Shown here: one piece after another, positions 7,908-17,062 of the stretch
How the letters are laid out: each line of letters begins with the position of its first letter
Numbering within the stretch: position 1 is the stretch's first letter
Source of the DNA: Limisphaerales bacterium
GTDB taxonomy: Bacteria; Verrucomicrobiota; Verrucomicrobiia; Limisphaerales; SIBE01
DNA: 47,838 nt
Direction of reading: 5' to 3'
NCBI GenBank assembly: GCA_044225505.1
Contig: JBGAIN010000045.1
Coordinates: forward strand, 1-47,838
Notes under the pieces: generated by a model
Told to the model about the DNA's origin: nothing
What the model saw: the letters and a program-made list of their open reading frames with translations, nothing else
The model's database searches: none
Position numbers and translations under genes: made by a program

Positions 7908-10574
7908 ATGCTAAGAACACGACAACTCAAACATCATTGTCTCATCCTGGCGGCAGGAACTGCCGCGCTCGCGCAGCTCTCGCTGTGCGCACACGACGCT
8001 GAACCGATCGAGTTCAGCGAAATTGGCATTCCCTATAGCTGGGGCGTTGAACTGGATTCCCATGAATCGGTCGAGGTTGGACCCGCCCATGTCGGCGCGT
8101 GGAGTTGGGATGAAGACAGCTTTCCTGCAACCGCGCGAGGCTGGACCCATACTTCCGCGTGGGTGAAGCTGGACCTTACCGAGGGGGCGGCTTTGACGCT
8201 GACGCTTCAAAGCGCGGCGAACGTTCCCTGGCCTAGTCCCGAGGAACCGAACCGCCTGGCTGGGACAAATCTGTTTCCCTCATTCACGCTTTACCGTGGC
8301 TGGGATACAGACCCTGGAATCACCCAGGACGAAACTGGTGCGACCATCGATCAAAACCATAATTTTAACAATCGGGGCAACATCGACTGGGCCGAAGATG
8401 TAACCTATCTGGATCATCTAGAGAACGCTACCGCACATTCGGTAACGCGAACCTGGCGCCTGCCGGTGGGGCACTACACAATCAACCTGGGCGGCAACTC
8501 TCCGGTAACGCTCGCAGAAGGTCGACAAGGCTACAAGGCAACGCTTTCCGCAGCTCCACTGTCCACCGTGTTGACCAACGCCGAGCTACACTCCATCGAC
8601 TTTAGCGAGGTGGGTATCCCTTACGCCTGGGGCCTCGTGATGGATGAGCAGTCCACAGCCCAAACTCCGCCGGACCACGTTGGCGCGTGGAGTTGGGACG
8701 AGGACGGATTTCCGGAGACGGCCAAAGGCTGGACCCATACCTCGTCCTGGGTGAAGCTCCGTCTGCTTAAACCTTCGAAACTCACACTGCAACTGGCCAG
8801 CCTGGCCAACGTGCCATGGCCAAGTCCTGAGGAACCCAATCGTGTCGCGGGAACGAACCTGTTCCCCTCGTTCTCGCTTTACGCCGGTTGGGATACGGAC
8901 AAGGGGCTGATGACCGATACCAACGGCGTGAGCATTGATCAGAATCACAATTTCAACAACCGCGGCGCGATTGACTGGGCTGAAGACGTTCTCTATCTGG
9001 ACCACCTCGACAATTCCAGTGCGCATTCAGCCACGCGTACTTGGACTTTGCCTGCGGGCGACTACACGATCAATCTCGGGGGCAACTCGCCCGCGGTCGT
9101 CGCGGAAGGCCGCCAGGGTTATCAAGCCACCTTCACCACCACACCGCTTTCTGCTCCGGATGCGGCGATCTTGCCCGTCCTTTTCTCCGAGACTGGAGTT
9201 CCCTACGCCTGGAATCTGGTCATGAACAGTACCGCCACCGTCGAAACTCCACCGGCACATGTCGGCGCGTGGAGTTGGGATGAGGACTCGTTTCCGGAGA
9301 CGGCCAAGGGCTGGACCCACACGTCGGCCTGGGTGAAGCTCGACTTGCTGCAACCGGCACGGTTTACCTTGACCCTGGCCAACCGCGCGGACGTGCCTTG
9401 GCCGAGCAACGAGGATCCCAACCGGCTGGCGGGCACGAATCTTTTTCCATCGTTCACGCTTTATCGTGGCTGGGACACGGACGCCGGTTTGACGACCGAC
9501 ACCAACGGCGTGACCATTGATCAGAATCACAACTTCAACAACCGCGGCGCGATTGACTGGGCCGAAGACGTGGCCTACGTCGATCACCTGGATAACTCGA
9601 GCGCCCATGCGGTCGCGCGGACCTGGACCCTGGCCGCGGGGCGTTACACAATCAACCTGGGCGGCAACTCGCCCGCCACCCTTGCTGAAGGCCGCCAGGG
9701 CTACAAAGCGACCTTTACCACGACGCCCGTCACCACCCTCGCGAGCGGCTCCGCCACGATCGACTGGGATAAGGCAGCTTGGGACACGCTCGCGTCCGGC
9801 TTTGGCACACTGCCGGTCCTAACTCTGGCCGCGTTCTTCAATCAGGCCGACGCGAACGCGCTTGCTAGCGATCAATTGGTGACGAACGCCCAGGCTAATC
9901 CTTCCTATACTGGCCAGGTTTACGCGATGAATGGTCCGGTCGTCACCAATCTCGCCGGCCGCACCGCTCAACCCAGCACGTTCGCCTACGAGCCGGGAAA
10001 CTTGACTCACCATGCCGGCAGCATCGGACTTGGCGGTGCGGCTCGGTTTGCGGTTCTCGGTGGAGCCGGTGGAAATCTGCTCTACGGGGACTACACCTTA
10101 CAGTATGATAGCGCCCGGCTCGTATTCGGTGGTTCGGGTTGGTACCTTAAGGGCAATATTCCTCCAGCCGGGGCGGTGTTCGATCTCCTGAATGTCCAAA
10201 TCAAGGAGGCGACGAATTCGTTCACACTGGCTGGCGATCTGGGTGTGTCCTTTGAAGTCGCGAACCTTCTCTACGCCACAGCCAACGATGCGCTTAGGGA
10301 CGTTGGTAACTTCACCTTCACCGGGCAAGTGCGCACTCTCGAGGCGCCTGTCATCAGCCAGGTCGCTTTGGCGGGGGCCAACTTGATCGTACGCGGCTCG
10401 AACGGACTCCCCGGAGCCAGCTATGCGCTTTTGTCCTCGGGCAGCATCGGGTTGCCGAGGTCCGCCTGGACGACGAGCGCCGTCGGAGTGTTCGACGCGG
10501 AAGGCAAATGCTCGATTTCGCTTCCGATCTCGGCGGCCGCGACCGCACGGTTCTTTAATCTGCAGCAACCCTGA
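7908..10574 (+). CDS. Secreted protein with three tandem MopE/CorA-like copper-binding domains, an unknown beta-rich domain and a C-terminal 'FFxL' domain
   Basis: Signal peptide ending LCA|HD; three ~195-aa repeats each carrying HVGAWSWDED..GWTHTS.W...LFPSF.LY.GWDTD...NHNFNNRG.IDWAED; the WTH motif plus a distal His matches the MopE/CorA site as I recall it. Confidence 0.75.
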   Translation: MLRTRQLKHHCLILAAGTAALAQLSLCAHDAEPIEFSEIGIPYSWGVELDSHESVEVGPAHVGAWSWDEDSFPATARGWTHTSAWVKLDLTEGAALTLTLQSAANVPWPSPEEPNRLAGTNLFPSFTLYRGWDTDPGITQDETGATIDQNHNFNNRGNIDWAEDVTYLDHLENATAHSVTRTWRLPVGHYTINLGGNSPVTLAEGRQGYKATLSAAPLSTVLTNAELHSIDFSEVGIPYAWGLVMDEQSTAQTPPDHVGAWSWDEDGFPETAKGWTHTSSWVKLRLLKPSKLTLQLASLANVPWPSPEEPNRVAGTNLFPSFSLYAGWDTDKGLMTDTNGVSIDQNHNFNNRGAIDWAEDVLYLDHLDNSSAHSATRTWTLPAGDYTINLGGNSPAVVAEGRQGYQATFTTTPLSAPDAAILPVLFSETGVPYAWNLVMNSTATVETPPAHVGAWSWDEDSFPETAKGWTHTSAWVKLDLLQPARFTLTLANRADVPWPSNEDPNRLAGTNLFPSFTLYRGWDTDAGLTTDTNGVTIDQNHNFNNRGAIDWAEDVAYVDHLDNSSAHAVARTWTLAAGRYTINLGGNSPATLAEGRQGYKATFTTTPVTTLASGSATIDWDKAAWDTLASGFGTLPVLTLAAFFNQADANALASDQLVTNAQANPSYTGQVYAMNGPVVTNLAGRTAQPSTFAYEPGNLTHHAGSIGLGGAARFAVLGGAGGNLLYGDYTLQYDSARLVFGGSGWYLKGNIPPAGAVFDLLNVQIKEATNSFTLAGDLGVSFEVANLLYATANDALRDVGNFTFTGQVRTLEAPVISQVALAGANLIVRGSNGLPGASYALLSSGSIGLPRSAWTTSAVGVFDAEGKCSISLPISAAATARFFNLQQP
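8007..9730 (+). repeat. Three intragenic tandem repeats of ~585 bp
   Basis: TGG of the GWTH motif at 8142, 8730 and 9312 (spacing 588 and 582 bp); long near-identical blocks such as GGCGCGTGGAGTTGGGA. Confidence 0.95.
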
Positions 10575-10580
10575 TTCAGG

Positions 10581-11384
10581 GTGTGGCGTTTGATCTCAAC
10601 GTCAATCAGGACTGCCGGCGCGCGCTCGCGCGTCGGCAGTCCGCTTCATGCTGGCAGGGCATTTACGTTGACTGAACTCCTGGTCGTGATCGCGGTGATC
10701 AGTGTCCTGGCCGCGCTCTTACTGCCAGCGCTCTCTCAAGCCAAACGCCGGGCCAAACGGACCGTCTGCCTGAATAACCTCAAGCAGTTCGTCCTGGCGG
10801 ATACGATTTATGCCAACGATCACGGTCAACTTCCTCCCGTCAATGACTTCGTTCCAACCAGCATCACTGTCGACCGCTTGTCAATGATGGCCGCGACGCT
10901 TGGCTTGGCGGTTCCAGCTGGTTCCGCTTCCACGTGGCCGAAACGCGTCCAACAGCCGCAGTGGATCAATTGTCCCATGGCCGCGGAATCCGGCTACGCG
11001 GAGGGGATCACACTTGGCGGAGGACTGTATACGGGGTACTCGTATGTGGGCGGTCTTGAAAAATCCCGCATGCTGGAGCTGAAGTTCGCCACGGTGCTTC
11101 ATCCCGATCATGCCGCCGACAGCAAAAACACCCGCCGCGGCGTGCTTTGGGCGGACGTGCTCGACGAGTTCCTTTTAACGGACCCCAGGCGGTTCGAATT
11201 TTTTCATACTCGCAAGCTGGTCAAGTATCCGGACTTTCGATACCACGCCGAAGACTTAGAGGGCATTCACCGGGCATGGTCGGATGGTTCGGTAGAATGG
11301 ACTTCGGCAAAGCGCCTGAATCTCTCCGAGGCCGCTAGCTCGGACCTCCAGATTAAGCATCTATTGGGAAACTTCTATTACTGA
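10581..11384 (+). CDS. Prepilin-type N-terminal cleavage/methylation protein (DUF1559-like, with H-X9-DG-like C-terminal motif)
   Basis: [39 protein letters not shown]-terminal [13 protein letters not shown]. Confidence 0.9.
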   Translation: MWRLISTSIRTAGARSRVGSPLHAGRAFTLTELLVVIAVISVLAALLLPALSQAKRRAKRTVCLNNLKQFVLADTIYANDHGQLPPVNDFVPTSITVDRLSMMAATLGLAVPAGSASTWPKRVQQPQWINCPMAAESGYAEGITLGGGLYTGYSYVGGLEKSRMLELKFATVLHPDHAADSKNTRRGVLWADVLDEFLLTDPRRFEFFHTRKLVKYPDFRYHAEDLEGIHRAWSDGSVEWTSAKRLNLSEAASSDLQIKHLLGNFYY

Positions 11385-11399
11385 CAAATTCACAAACTT

Positions 11400-12260
11400 A
11401 TGAATTGCAACTCACTTAATCGACGCGATTGGCTCCAGCTGCTGGCGCTCGCCTCTGTTGGCGGCGCGCTGACTTCGCGCGGGGTGGCAGCGACTCAAGC
11501 CGACGGCGCGACGAAGCACACCTCCACCTCCCCGGCCGATCATCAAGAGCAATTGCGGATGGGGAGCGAACAGATCGCGATCCTTGTTTATCCTGAGTTC
11601 ACGGCGCTCGATGCGCTCGGGCCGCACTACGCACTTGCCGGCATGATGGGTGCCAGCGTGCGTTTCGTCGCCAAAACCCTTGAGCCCGTGCCATGTGAAG
11701 GCGCGAGCAAAGGAGGCTTTTGCGTGAAGCCGCATGTCACCTTCGCGGATTGCCCCGAGACACTCGACTTGCTGCTCGTCCCGGGCGGATTGACCGGCAC
11801 TTTCGCCGCCATTGAGGACAAGGACACGATCAAGTTTCTCCAAAGCCGGGCCGCGAAAACAAAACTCCTCGGCAGTGTCTGTACGGGGTCCATCGTCCTT
11901 GGCGCAGCGGGATTGCTCCAAGGCCGCAAAGCCACGAGCCACTGGCAGATGCTCGACGTGCTGAAGGATTGCGGGGCGATACCTGTTGCCGAGCGCATTG
12001 TTTTCGACGGCACGGATCGCGTGACCGCGGCCGGTGTCAGCGCTGGCCTGGACCTGGGGCTGGAACTCGTGCGCCGCTATCGCGGTGACTTTTACGCCAA
12101 GGGCGTGCAGTTGCTCGGCGAGTATGATCCGCAACCGCCATTCCAAGGCGGTGGCACCCCGCGTACCGCTGACAAGACGGTTGTAGACATGTTGAACACC
12201 ATGCACGCCCCGCTGGTAGAAAGGTTCAAGCTAGCTATTGGGCACGCCAAGGATAGGTAA
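11400..12260 (+). CDS. DJ-1/PfpI family protein (isonitrile hydratase-like), Tat-exported
   Basis: NRRDWLQ twin-Arg signal; FTALDALGP, LLVPGG, SVCTGS (catalytic Cys), TAAGVSAGLD and EYDPQPPF. Confidence 0.9.
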   Translation: MNCNSLNRRDWLQLLALASVGGALTSRGVAATQADGATKHTSTSPADHQEQLRMGSEQIAILVYPEFTALDALGPHYALAGMMGASVRFVAKTLEPVPCEGASKGGFCVKPHVTFADCPETLDLLLVPGGLTGTFAAIEDKDTIKFLQSRAAKTKLLGSVCTGSIVLGAAGLLQGRKATSHWQMLDVLKDCGAIPVAERIVFDGTDRVTAAGVSAGLDLGLELVRRYRGDFYAKGVQLLGEYDPQPPFQGGGTPRTADKTVVDMLNTMHAPLVERFKLAIGHAKDR

Positions 12261-12691
12261 GCTGTGGAAGCCGATTCTGCTGCTCACGGTCGCCGAAAGT
12301 TGGCTCGACACAAGGCCCACAGGATCGATCCGTGGGTGACGGATGAGGAACTGGCCATGCATGGGGCGTTGATCTTGCAGACCGTGCTGCAGAAATGCGG
12401 CTCCCTGAGGATCCCCGGGAGTGTCGTGGTGTCGATGACCGCACGCTCCGCGGTCTCTGCTCTCGAAGGCTGCACCGACGAGAAGATAGAGTCCGTCATT
12501 CGCCATCGGAAAGGCTTTGCTCCACCTGTGAGCGGTGGAATGAGCGATCGACCGGGCTTTTGTCACGTTCGGGTGCTGCGCTGGCGCGCTGCTCTAGGCC
12601 ACGGGCGCTCGTCTCTGATTGGAGGACTTGGTACTAGACGCGAAGGACCCGAGCGCGAAAATCCTACACCGCGGCGAAGGCTTTTTCTAGC

Positions 12692-13648
12692 ATGACCAAG
12701 AGGGCCAGAACAAGAGGTGGTCTTCCCGTCCTTCCTCGGCACGGCATCATAGGCTTCTGCCTCTGTCTCGGCCTGGGCTTGCCCGGTGCGTTAATCGGGG
12801 GTGATGTCGAAATGCCAGTTCCGCTGCATGCGTCGGTTCCAACTATTCCGCTGGATAGTGTCATCGACGATAACCTGATCCGATTGAGATTGACTGAAGA
12901 AGGCACCCATCTCATTAAGTCCGGGCGCACCGTGCCCATGACCACTTTTATCTCCCAACTGCAGCGCGAGTCCTGTGAGTTGGATTTGCCAGGGACCGAG
13001 CGTGTCCAATACCGCGCCGAACTGCTTGCTGTGCGCTCCAAAGCGGCCTCCGTGATTGTTGGACGGATGCTCCGAGGAGTTGAACCGAATTCTTGGACAG
13101 TCGTGCCCGCAAGTGGGTTCTTCATTTCAAAGGCCGGCGCCTTCGTGACGAGTCGACATGTCATGAATAGCCCGGAGTACGAAACCGTGGTCGCAATGAC
13201 TGGAGATGGACAAGTCCTTCCCGTCCTCGAAGTCCTGGCCGGAGATGCCGAGCGTGATGTTGTGATCCTGAGGGTAGACAGCGGACCGGTTCCAGCATTG
13301 CCGATCGATCTTGCGGCCCCCGCGGGCACGCGGGTTTGGGTGATGAGCCATCCGTGTGGACGTTTTTATACGTTCACTGAAGGAACAGTGTGCCGTCGCA
13401 GCACTCTCCGTGATGGCTCAAGTGCGCATGAAATTATGGACATCTCCGCTGAGTTTGGTCCCGGTAGCAGCGGTGCGCCCGTTTTGAACGAATACGGAAG
13501 CGCGGTCGGCTGGGTGGACGGGCTCCGAGTGCGTCCCGGCGGTGTCCGGGATGATGGTGCCCCGTTCCCCACATTGACGTTTCGAGAGTGCGGCGTCGCC
13601 AGCGACGTGCTGCGACTCGTTCGAAAGCCAGTTCTAGAAAGTAAATGA
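12692..13648 (+). CDS. Trypsin-like (S1) serine protease, exported
   Basis: ASGFFI, TSRHV (His), ERDVVIL (Asp) and GSSGAPV (Ser); N-terminal hydrophobic segment. Confidence 0.8.
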   Translation: MTKRARTRGGLPVLPRHGIIGFCLCLGLGLPGALIGGDVEMPVPLHASVPTIPLDSVIDDNLIRLRLTEEGTHLIKSGRTVPMTTFISQLQRESCELDLPGTERVQYRAELLAVRSKAASVIVGRMLRGVEPNSWTVVPASGFFISKAGAFVTSRHVMNSPEYETVVAMTGDGQVLPVLEVLAGDAERDVVILRVDSGPVPALPIDLAAPAGTRVWVMSHPCGRFYTFTEGTVCRRSTLRDGSSAHEIMDISAEFGPGSSGAPVLNEYGSAVGWVDGLRVRPGGVRDDGAPFPTLTFRECGVASDVLRLVRKPVLESK

Positions 13649-13740
13649 TTTCAAACCCAAGCGTTATGACTGGCCAGCGAACAGGACAGGGCCTAGATTT
13701 CCAGCCTGCCTCTAAACAATTAAACCTATAGGAAATACCA

Positions 13741-14463
13741 ATGCTCAATCGTCGACAAGCCATTCAAAGGACCGCGCTCCTCAGCGCAGCCATCGCTCTT
13801 CGATCACCGTTCCCTGGGAACGTCACGCAAGCTGCAGAGCCTGTAGCTGCCTTCTCGCTCCCGCCGCTCGGATACGCCTTCGATGCGCTCGAGCCTCACA
13901 TTGATGCGCAGACGATGCAAATTCACCACGACAAACATCATGCTGCTTACGTGGCAAATCTAAACAAGGCCATCGCACAGGCCCCGGCCTTGTCGGGCCT
14001 GTCTGTTGAGGCCTTGCTTAAGGATCTAAAGGCTGTCCCCGAGGCTGTGCGTACGGCCGTCCGAAACCATGGAGGGGGACATGCGAACCACTCGCTCTTC
14101 TGGCAACAGTTGGAAAAGAACAACGGACGCGGGCCTTCCGCGGAATTGGCCGATGCCCTGGAAAATAAGTTTGGCACTTTCCAAAAATTCAAGGAAGCGT
14201 TTACCGAAGCGGCCACGAAGCAGTTTGGGAGCGGCTGGGCCTGGCTTACCATCGACGCCAAGAAGGAACTTCTTATCGAGTCGACGGCCAATCAAGACTC
14301 TCCACTTTCCACAGGACGAACCCCTTTGCTGGGCATCGATGTCTGGGAACACGCCTATTATCTTAAGTATCAGAACCGGCGCGCAGACTATATCGCTGCA
14401 TTTTACAATGTGATCAATTGGGACAAAGTAGCAGAGCGTTACCGCGCAGCGGTGCGAGCCTGA
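13741..14463 (+). CDS. sodA: Superoxide dismutase [Mn] with Tat signal peptide
   Basis: [44 protein letters not shown] and [16 protein letters not shown]-terminus MLNRRQAIQ. Confidence 0.95.
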   Translation: MLNRRQAIQRTALLSAAIALRSPFPGNVTQAAEPVAAFSLPPLGYAFDALEPHIDAQTMQIHHDKHHAAYVANLNKAIAQAPALSGLSVEALLKDLKAVPEAVRTAVRNHGGGHANHSLFWQQLEKNNGRGPSAELADALENKFGTFQKFKEAFTEAATKQFGSGWAWLTIDAKKELLIESTANQDSPLSTGRTPLLGIDVWEHAYYLKYQNRRADYIAAFYNVINWDKVAERYRAAVRA

Positions 14464-14516
14464 GTCGCGGCTTCGGCTGCTTCGTCACCGGTAACGTCAC
14501 TGGAGGTCGGCCTCAA

Positions 14517-14544
14517 TTGACGTTGTGGGGGTTTCCGGTAGCAT
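14517..14544 (+). promoter_or_regulatory. Putative sigma70 promoter giving a leaderless transcript of CxxC leader ORF copy 2
   Basis: TTGACG-N16-TAGCAT with an ATG at 14552, 7 nt downstream. Confidence 0.4.
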
Positions 14545-14551
14545 TATGGAC

Positions 14552-14932
14552 ATGCGTTCCGTAGTTCGATTGACCACCGTCACCGTGCTGGTCCTCGCGC
14601 TGGGCCTGCATTGGGTGGTGCTCCAAACGATTGCGTGGACGGGCATGATAATCAACTACTCACGTGACGCTTCGTTTTCTCAGGCGGTGAGCAGGACATT
14701 CGACGGCCAGCATCCCTGTTCAATGTGCACGGTGATCAAGAAAGCTCGGGCTGAGCAAAAGCAGCACGAGCAGGAAGAGCCGGTCAAGCCCGGGACAAAG
14801 CTGGACTTGGCTCTCGTTTGGGAGTGTCCTGCATCTGATTTCTTCTGCAAACATGAGCGGATGGCCGTCCAAGAGGACGATGCTCCCAGCCGTTCCTACG
14901 CTCCTCCCAAGCCGCGTCCCCGGCCGGCTTGA
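14552..14932 (+). CDS. Small membrane CxxC protein with Pro-rich tail (DUF2946/CutF/CruR-like), copy 2
   Basis: LGLHWVVLQTIAW..TFDGQHPCSMC..KLDL..RSYAPPKPRPRPA; clear paralog of 2842-3216. The start could also be 14546. Confidence 0.75.
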   Translation: MRSVVRLTTVTVLVLALGLHWVVLQTIAWTGMIINYSRDASFSQAVSRTFDGQHPCSMCTVIKKARAEQKQHEQEEPVKPGTKLDLALVWECPASDFFCKHERMAVQEDDAPSRSYAPPKPRPRPA

Positions 14933-15156
14933 TCTCTCTTCTATTCTCCTGAGTCCACTCTTGGACGGCCTTGTCTGCCTTCGTGGTGGGGGCTTGGCGG
15001 GTTCTCCCAATTCAAAGCTGCCAAATGGCTGTGCGCTCGGCGTTGGCCTTTAAATGGAATCTCTCGTCTGCCTGGCAGGCGCCGGAGCACCAAGCGTTCG
15101 CGGTGATCTGCAACGAGATCAGGCGTTGGTTGGCGGTGCTCTGAAAATTAACCCAG

Positions 15157-15171
15157 TCGGTAATTTGCCGC
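15157..15171. promoter_or_regulatory. Degenerate RegA/RegR-type box upstream of regB
   Basis: TCGGT-AATTT-GCCGC, similar to the box at 17011. Confidence 0.35.
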
Positions 15172-15178
15172 GAGCGAT

Positions 15179-16462
15179 TTGACGAATAACAATGTGAATA
15201 CCGGTGATATTACCTTGCCGTGGTTGTTGCGACTGCGCTGGGCAGCGGTCACAGGGCAGACCGCGACGATTGCCTTTTGCACGGACGTATTGCGGATCCG
15301 GTTGCCGCTGGGGCCGCTGCTGGCCGTGCTTCTGGTGGCTTTAATCAGCCAGCTGACTCTATGGTTCGCAGGGCAGCGATTGGCGAAACCCCGGCACGCG
15401 ATCATTGGAGGCGCCCTCGCTATGGATACTCTATTGCTCACAGCATTGCTCTATTTCACCGGCGGTCCGCATAATCCATTCAGCGCCTTTTACCTGATTC
15501 ATATCGCGATGGCCGCTTCGCTGTTGGGAGCGGGTTGGACCTGGGGATTGCTCTGCCTGGCCATGACGTGTTTCGGCGGACTGTTCTGGGCCAACGTCCC
15601 ACTGGCGTTTCCAACCAGTGGCGAACCGATTTGCGGTTTGATGCCGATACAACTTCATTTGACCGGAATGTTTGTTGCCCTGGTCCTGACCGGCGTATGC
15701 CTAGCTTGGTTTGTGGCGCGGTTAAACAGCCAACTCCGCGCTCAGTCGGCGGCGCGCCATGCCGCGGAGATGAAATCCGAGCGCGAAGCGCGCTTCGCTT
15801 CGTTGGCCACGCTGGCAGCCGGATTCGCCCACGAAATCAATTCGCCACTCGCTACCATCGCGGTGGCAGCCCGAGAATTGGAATTGGACGCAGAACTAAC
15901 AACATCGTCAGCCGCGCTGGCGAGCGAGGCCCGGCTTATCCGCGTAGAAGTCGAGCGATGTCGAGAACTTCTGGGTCGGTTGCGCGCCTCGGCCAGTGAT
16001 GGCACGCATGACCCTCCGGTAGACTGGCATGCGACAGAATTGGCGCAGGTATTGCAAGCGTCGCTGCCCTTGTCGCACTCAGCCCGGTTGGTATTCGGAC
16101 TTCCGGGTCCTGCCGTCTGTTTTCGCGCCCCACGGTTCGCGTTGCTGCAAGCACTGACCAATCTCATTGATAACGCTATGGACGCCGCACCGCCCGGGTC
16201 GGCCATCCGCCTGGAGATTGTGCGAGAGGACGACACAGTCAGTTTCACAGTGAGTGATCGAGGGCCGGGCTTGCCGCAATCGGTGCTGGCGCGGTTGGGT
16301 GAACCGTTTGTCACGACTAAAGAGCCGGGGCGAGGCACGGGCCTCGGTTTGTTCTTGGTCCGCCGTTTTGCTGAACAGATGGGGGGGAGCTTTTGCATCG
16401 AATCACCTCAAGAGGGTGGCACGAGGGCAAAGCTGGAACTTCCTCAAGAGGCCACTGCATGA
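15179..16462 (+). CDS. regB: RegB/PrrB/ActS-family redox-sensing histidine kinase
   Basis: LRWAAVTGQ, TGGPHNPF (GGxxNPF quinone site), AHEINSPL H-box, ERCRELL redox Cys, and N/G1/G2 boxes. Exact start uncertain (15179 or 15194). Confidence 0.85.
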   Translation: MTNNNVNTGDITLPWLLRLRWAAVTGQTATIAFCTDVLRIRLPLGPLLAVLLVALISQLTLWFAGQRLAKPRHAIIGGALAMDTLLLTALLYFTGGPHNPFSAFYLIHIAMAASLLGAGWTWGLLCLAMTCFGGLFWANVPLAFPTSGEPICGLMPIQLHLTGMFVALVLTGVCLAWFVARLNSQLRAQSAARHAAEMKSEREARFASLATLAAGFAHEINSPLATIAVAARELELDAELTTSSAALASEARLIRVEVERCRELLGRLRASASDGTHDPPVDWHATELAQVLQASLPLSHSARLVFGLPGPAVCFRAPRFALLQALTNLIDNAMDAAPPGSAIRLEIVREDDTVSFTVSDRGPGLPQSVLARLGEPFVTTKEPGRGTGLGLFLVRRFAEQMGGSFCIESPQEGGTRAKLELPQEATA

Positions 16463-16998
16463 AAATGACACGTGTTTTGTTGGTGGAGGATGACGATGCT
16501 TTTAGAGAACGGCTTGCGACTGCGCTGATTCGTCGCCATCTCACGGTGTGGCAGGCTGAGAATCCCGCCGAAGCCAAAGCCGTCGCGCTCAGCGAGCCTA
16601 TCGATGGGGCGGTGATTGATCTGCGAATGCCGGGCGGGTCGGGGTTGGATGTGGTGCGCGAAGTTCATGAGCTGCAACCGGCGGCGCGGCTGATTGTTTT
16701 GACGGGTTATGGCAGTATCGCGACTGCACTGGAAGCCGTTCGCCTCGGCGCGGCCGACTACGTAACCAAGCCCGCGGATGCCGATCAAATCCTCGCGGCA
16801 TTGCGCGGACGGCGAGCACCGCACTTCGATCCCGGGGAATTATCCAAAACGATTCCCAGTCTGGATCGTGTGGAGTGGGAGTACATTCAACGGGTCCTGG
16901 CTGAAACTGGCGGCAACATATCGCGCTCTGCCCGTCTGCTCGGTCTGGACCGCCGCTCTTTGCAGCGCAAGCTGAGCAAGTATCCGCCGCAGCGCTGA
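16459..16998 (+). CDS. regA: RegA/PrrA/ActR-family response regulator
   Basis: REC domain (VEDD, IDLRMPGGSG, LTGYGSIATA) and SLDRVEWEYIQRVL..GGNISRSARLLGLDRRSLQRKL HTH; ATGA overlap with regB. Confidence 0.92.
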   Translation: MKMTRVLLVEDDDAFRERLATALIRRHLTVWQAENPAEAKAVALSEPIDGAVIDLRMPGGSGLDVVREVHELQPAARLIVLTGYGSIATALEAVRLGAADYVTKPADADQILAALRGRRAPHFDPGELSKTIPSLDRVEWEYIQRVLAETGGNISRSARLLGLDRRSLQRKLSKYPPQR

Positions 16999-17010
16999 CT
17001 CAAATACGGC

Positions 17011-17027
17011 TGCGGCGATTTGCCGCA
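17011..17027. promoter_or_regulatory. RegA/RegR/PrrA-type binding box
   Basis: Perfect inverted repeat TGCGGC-GATTT-GCCGCA (GCGGC-N5-GCCGC), upstream of a CATAAT -10-like element and the ATG at 17063. Confidence 0.7.
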
Positions 17028-17062
17028 TCCTGGATTTCATCCGCGCCGGTCATAATCGCGAG

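Noticed and set aside
8007..9730. Long repeats considered as a CRISPR array or mobile element
   Set aside because: They are in-frame ~585-bp coding domain duplications with synonymous divergence and no spacers
7908..10574. Inferring methanotrophy from the MopE/CorA-like domains
   Set aside because: No pmo/mmo or methanol oxidation genes in the window; the surrounding genes (GH43, GH97) suggest a heterotroph
12264..12695. 143-aa ORF between DJ-1 and the protease
   Set aside because: No recognisable motif, Arg-rich atypical composition and competing ORFs on both strands; likely spurious or a remnant
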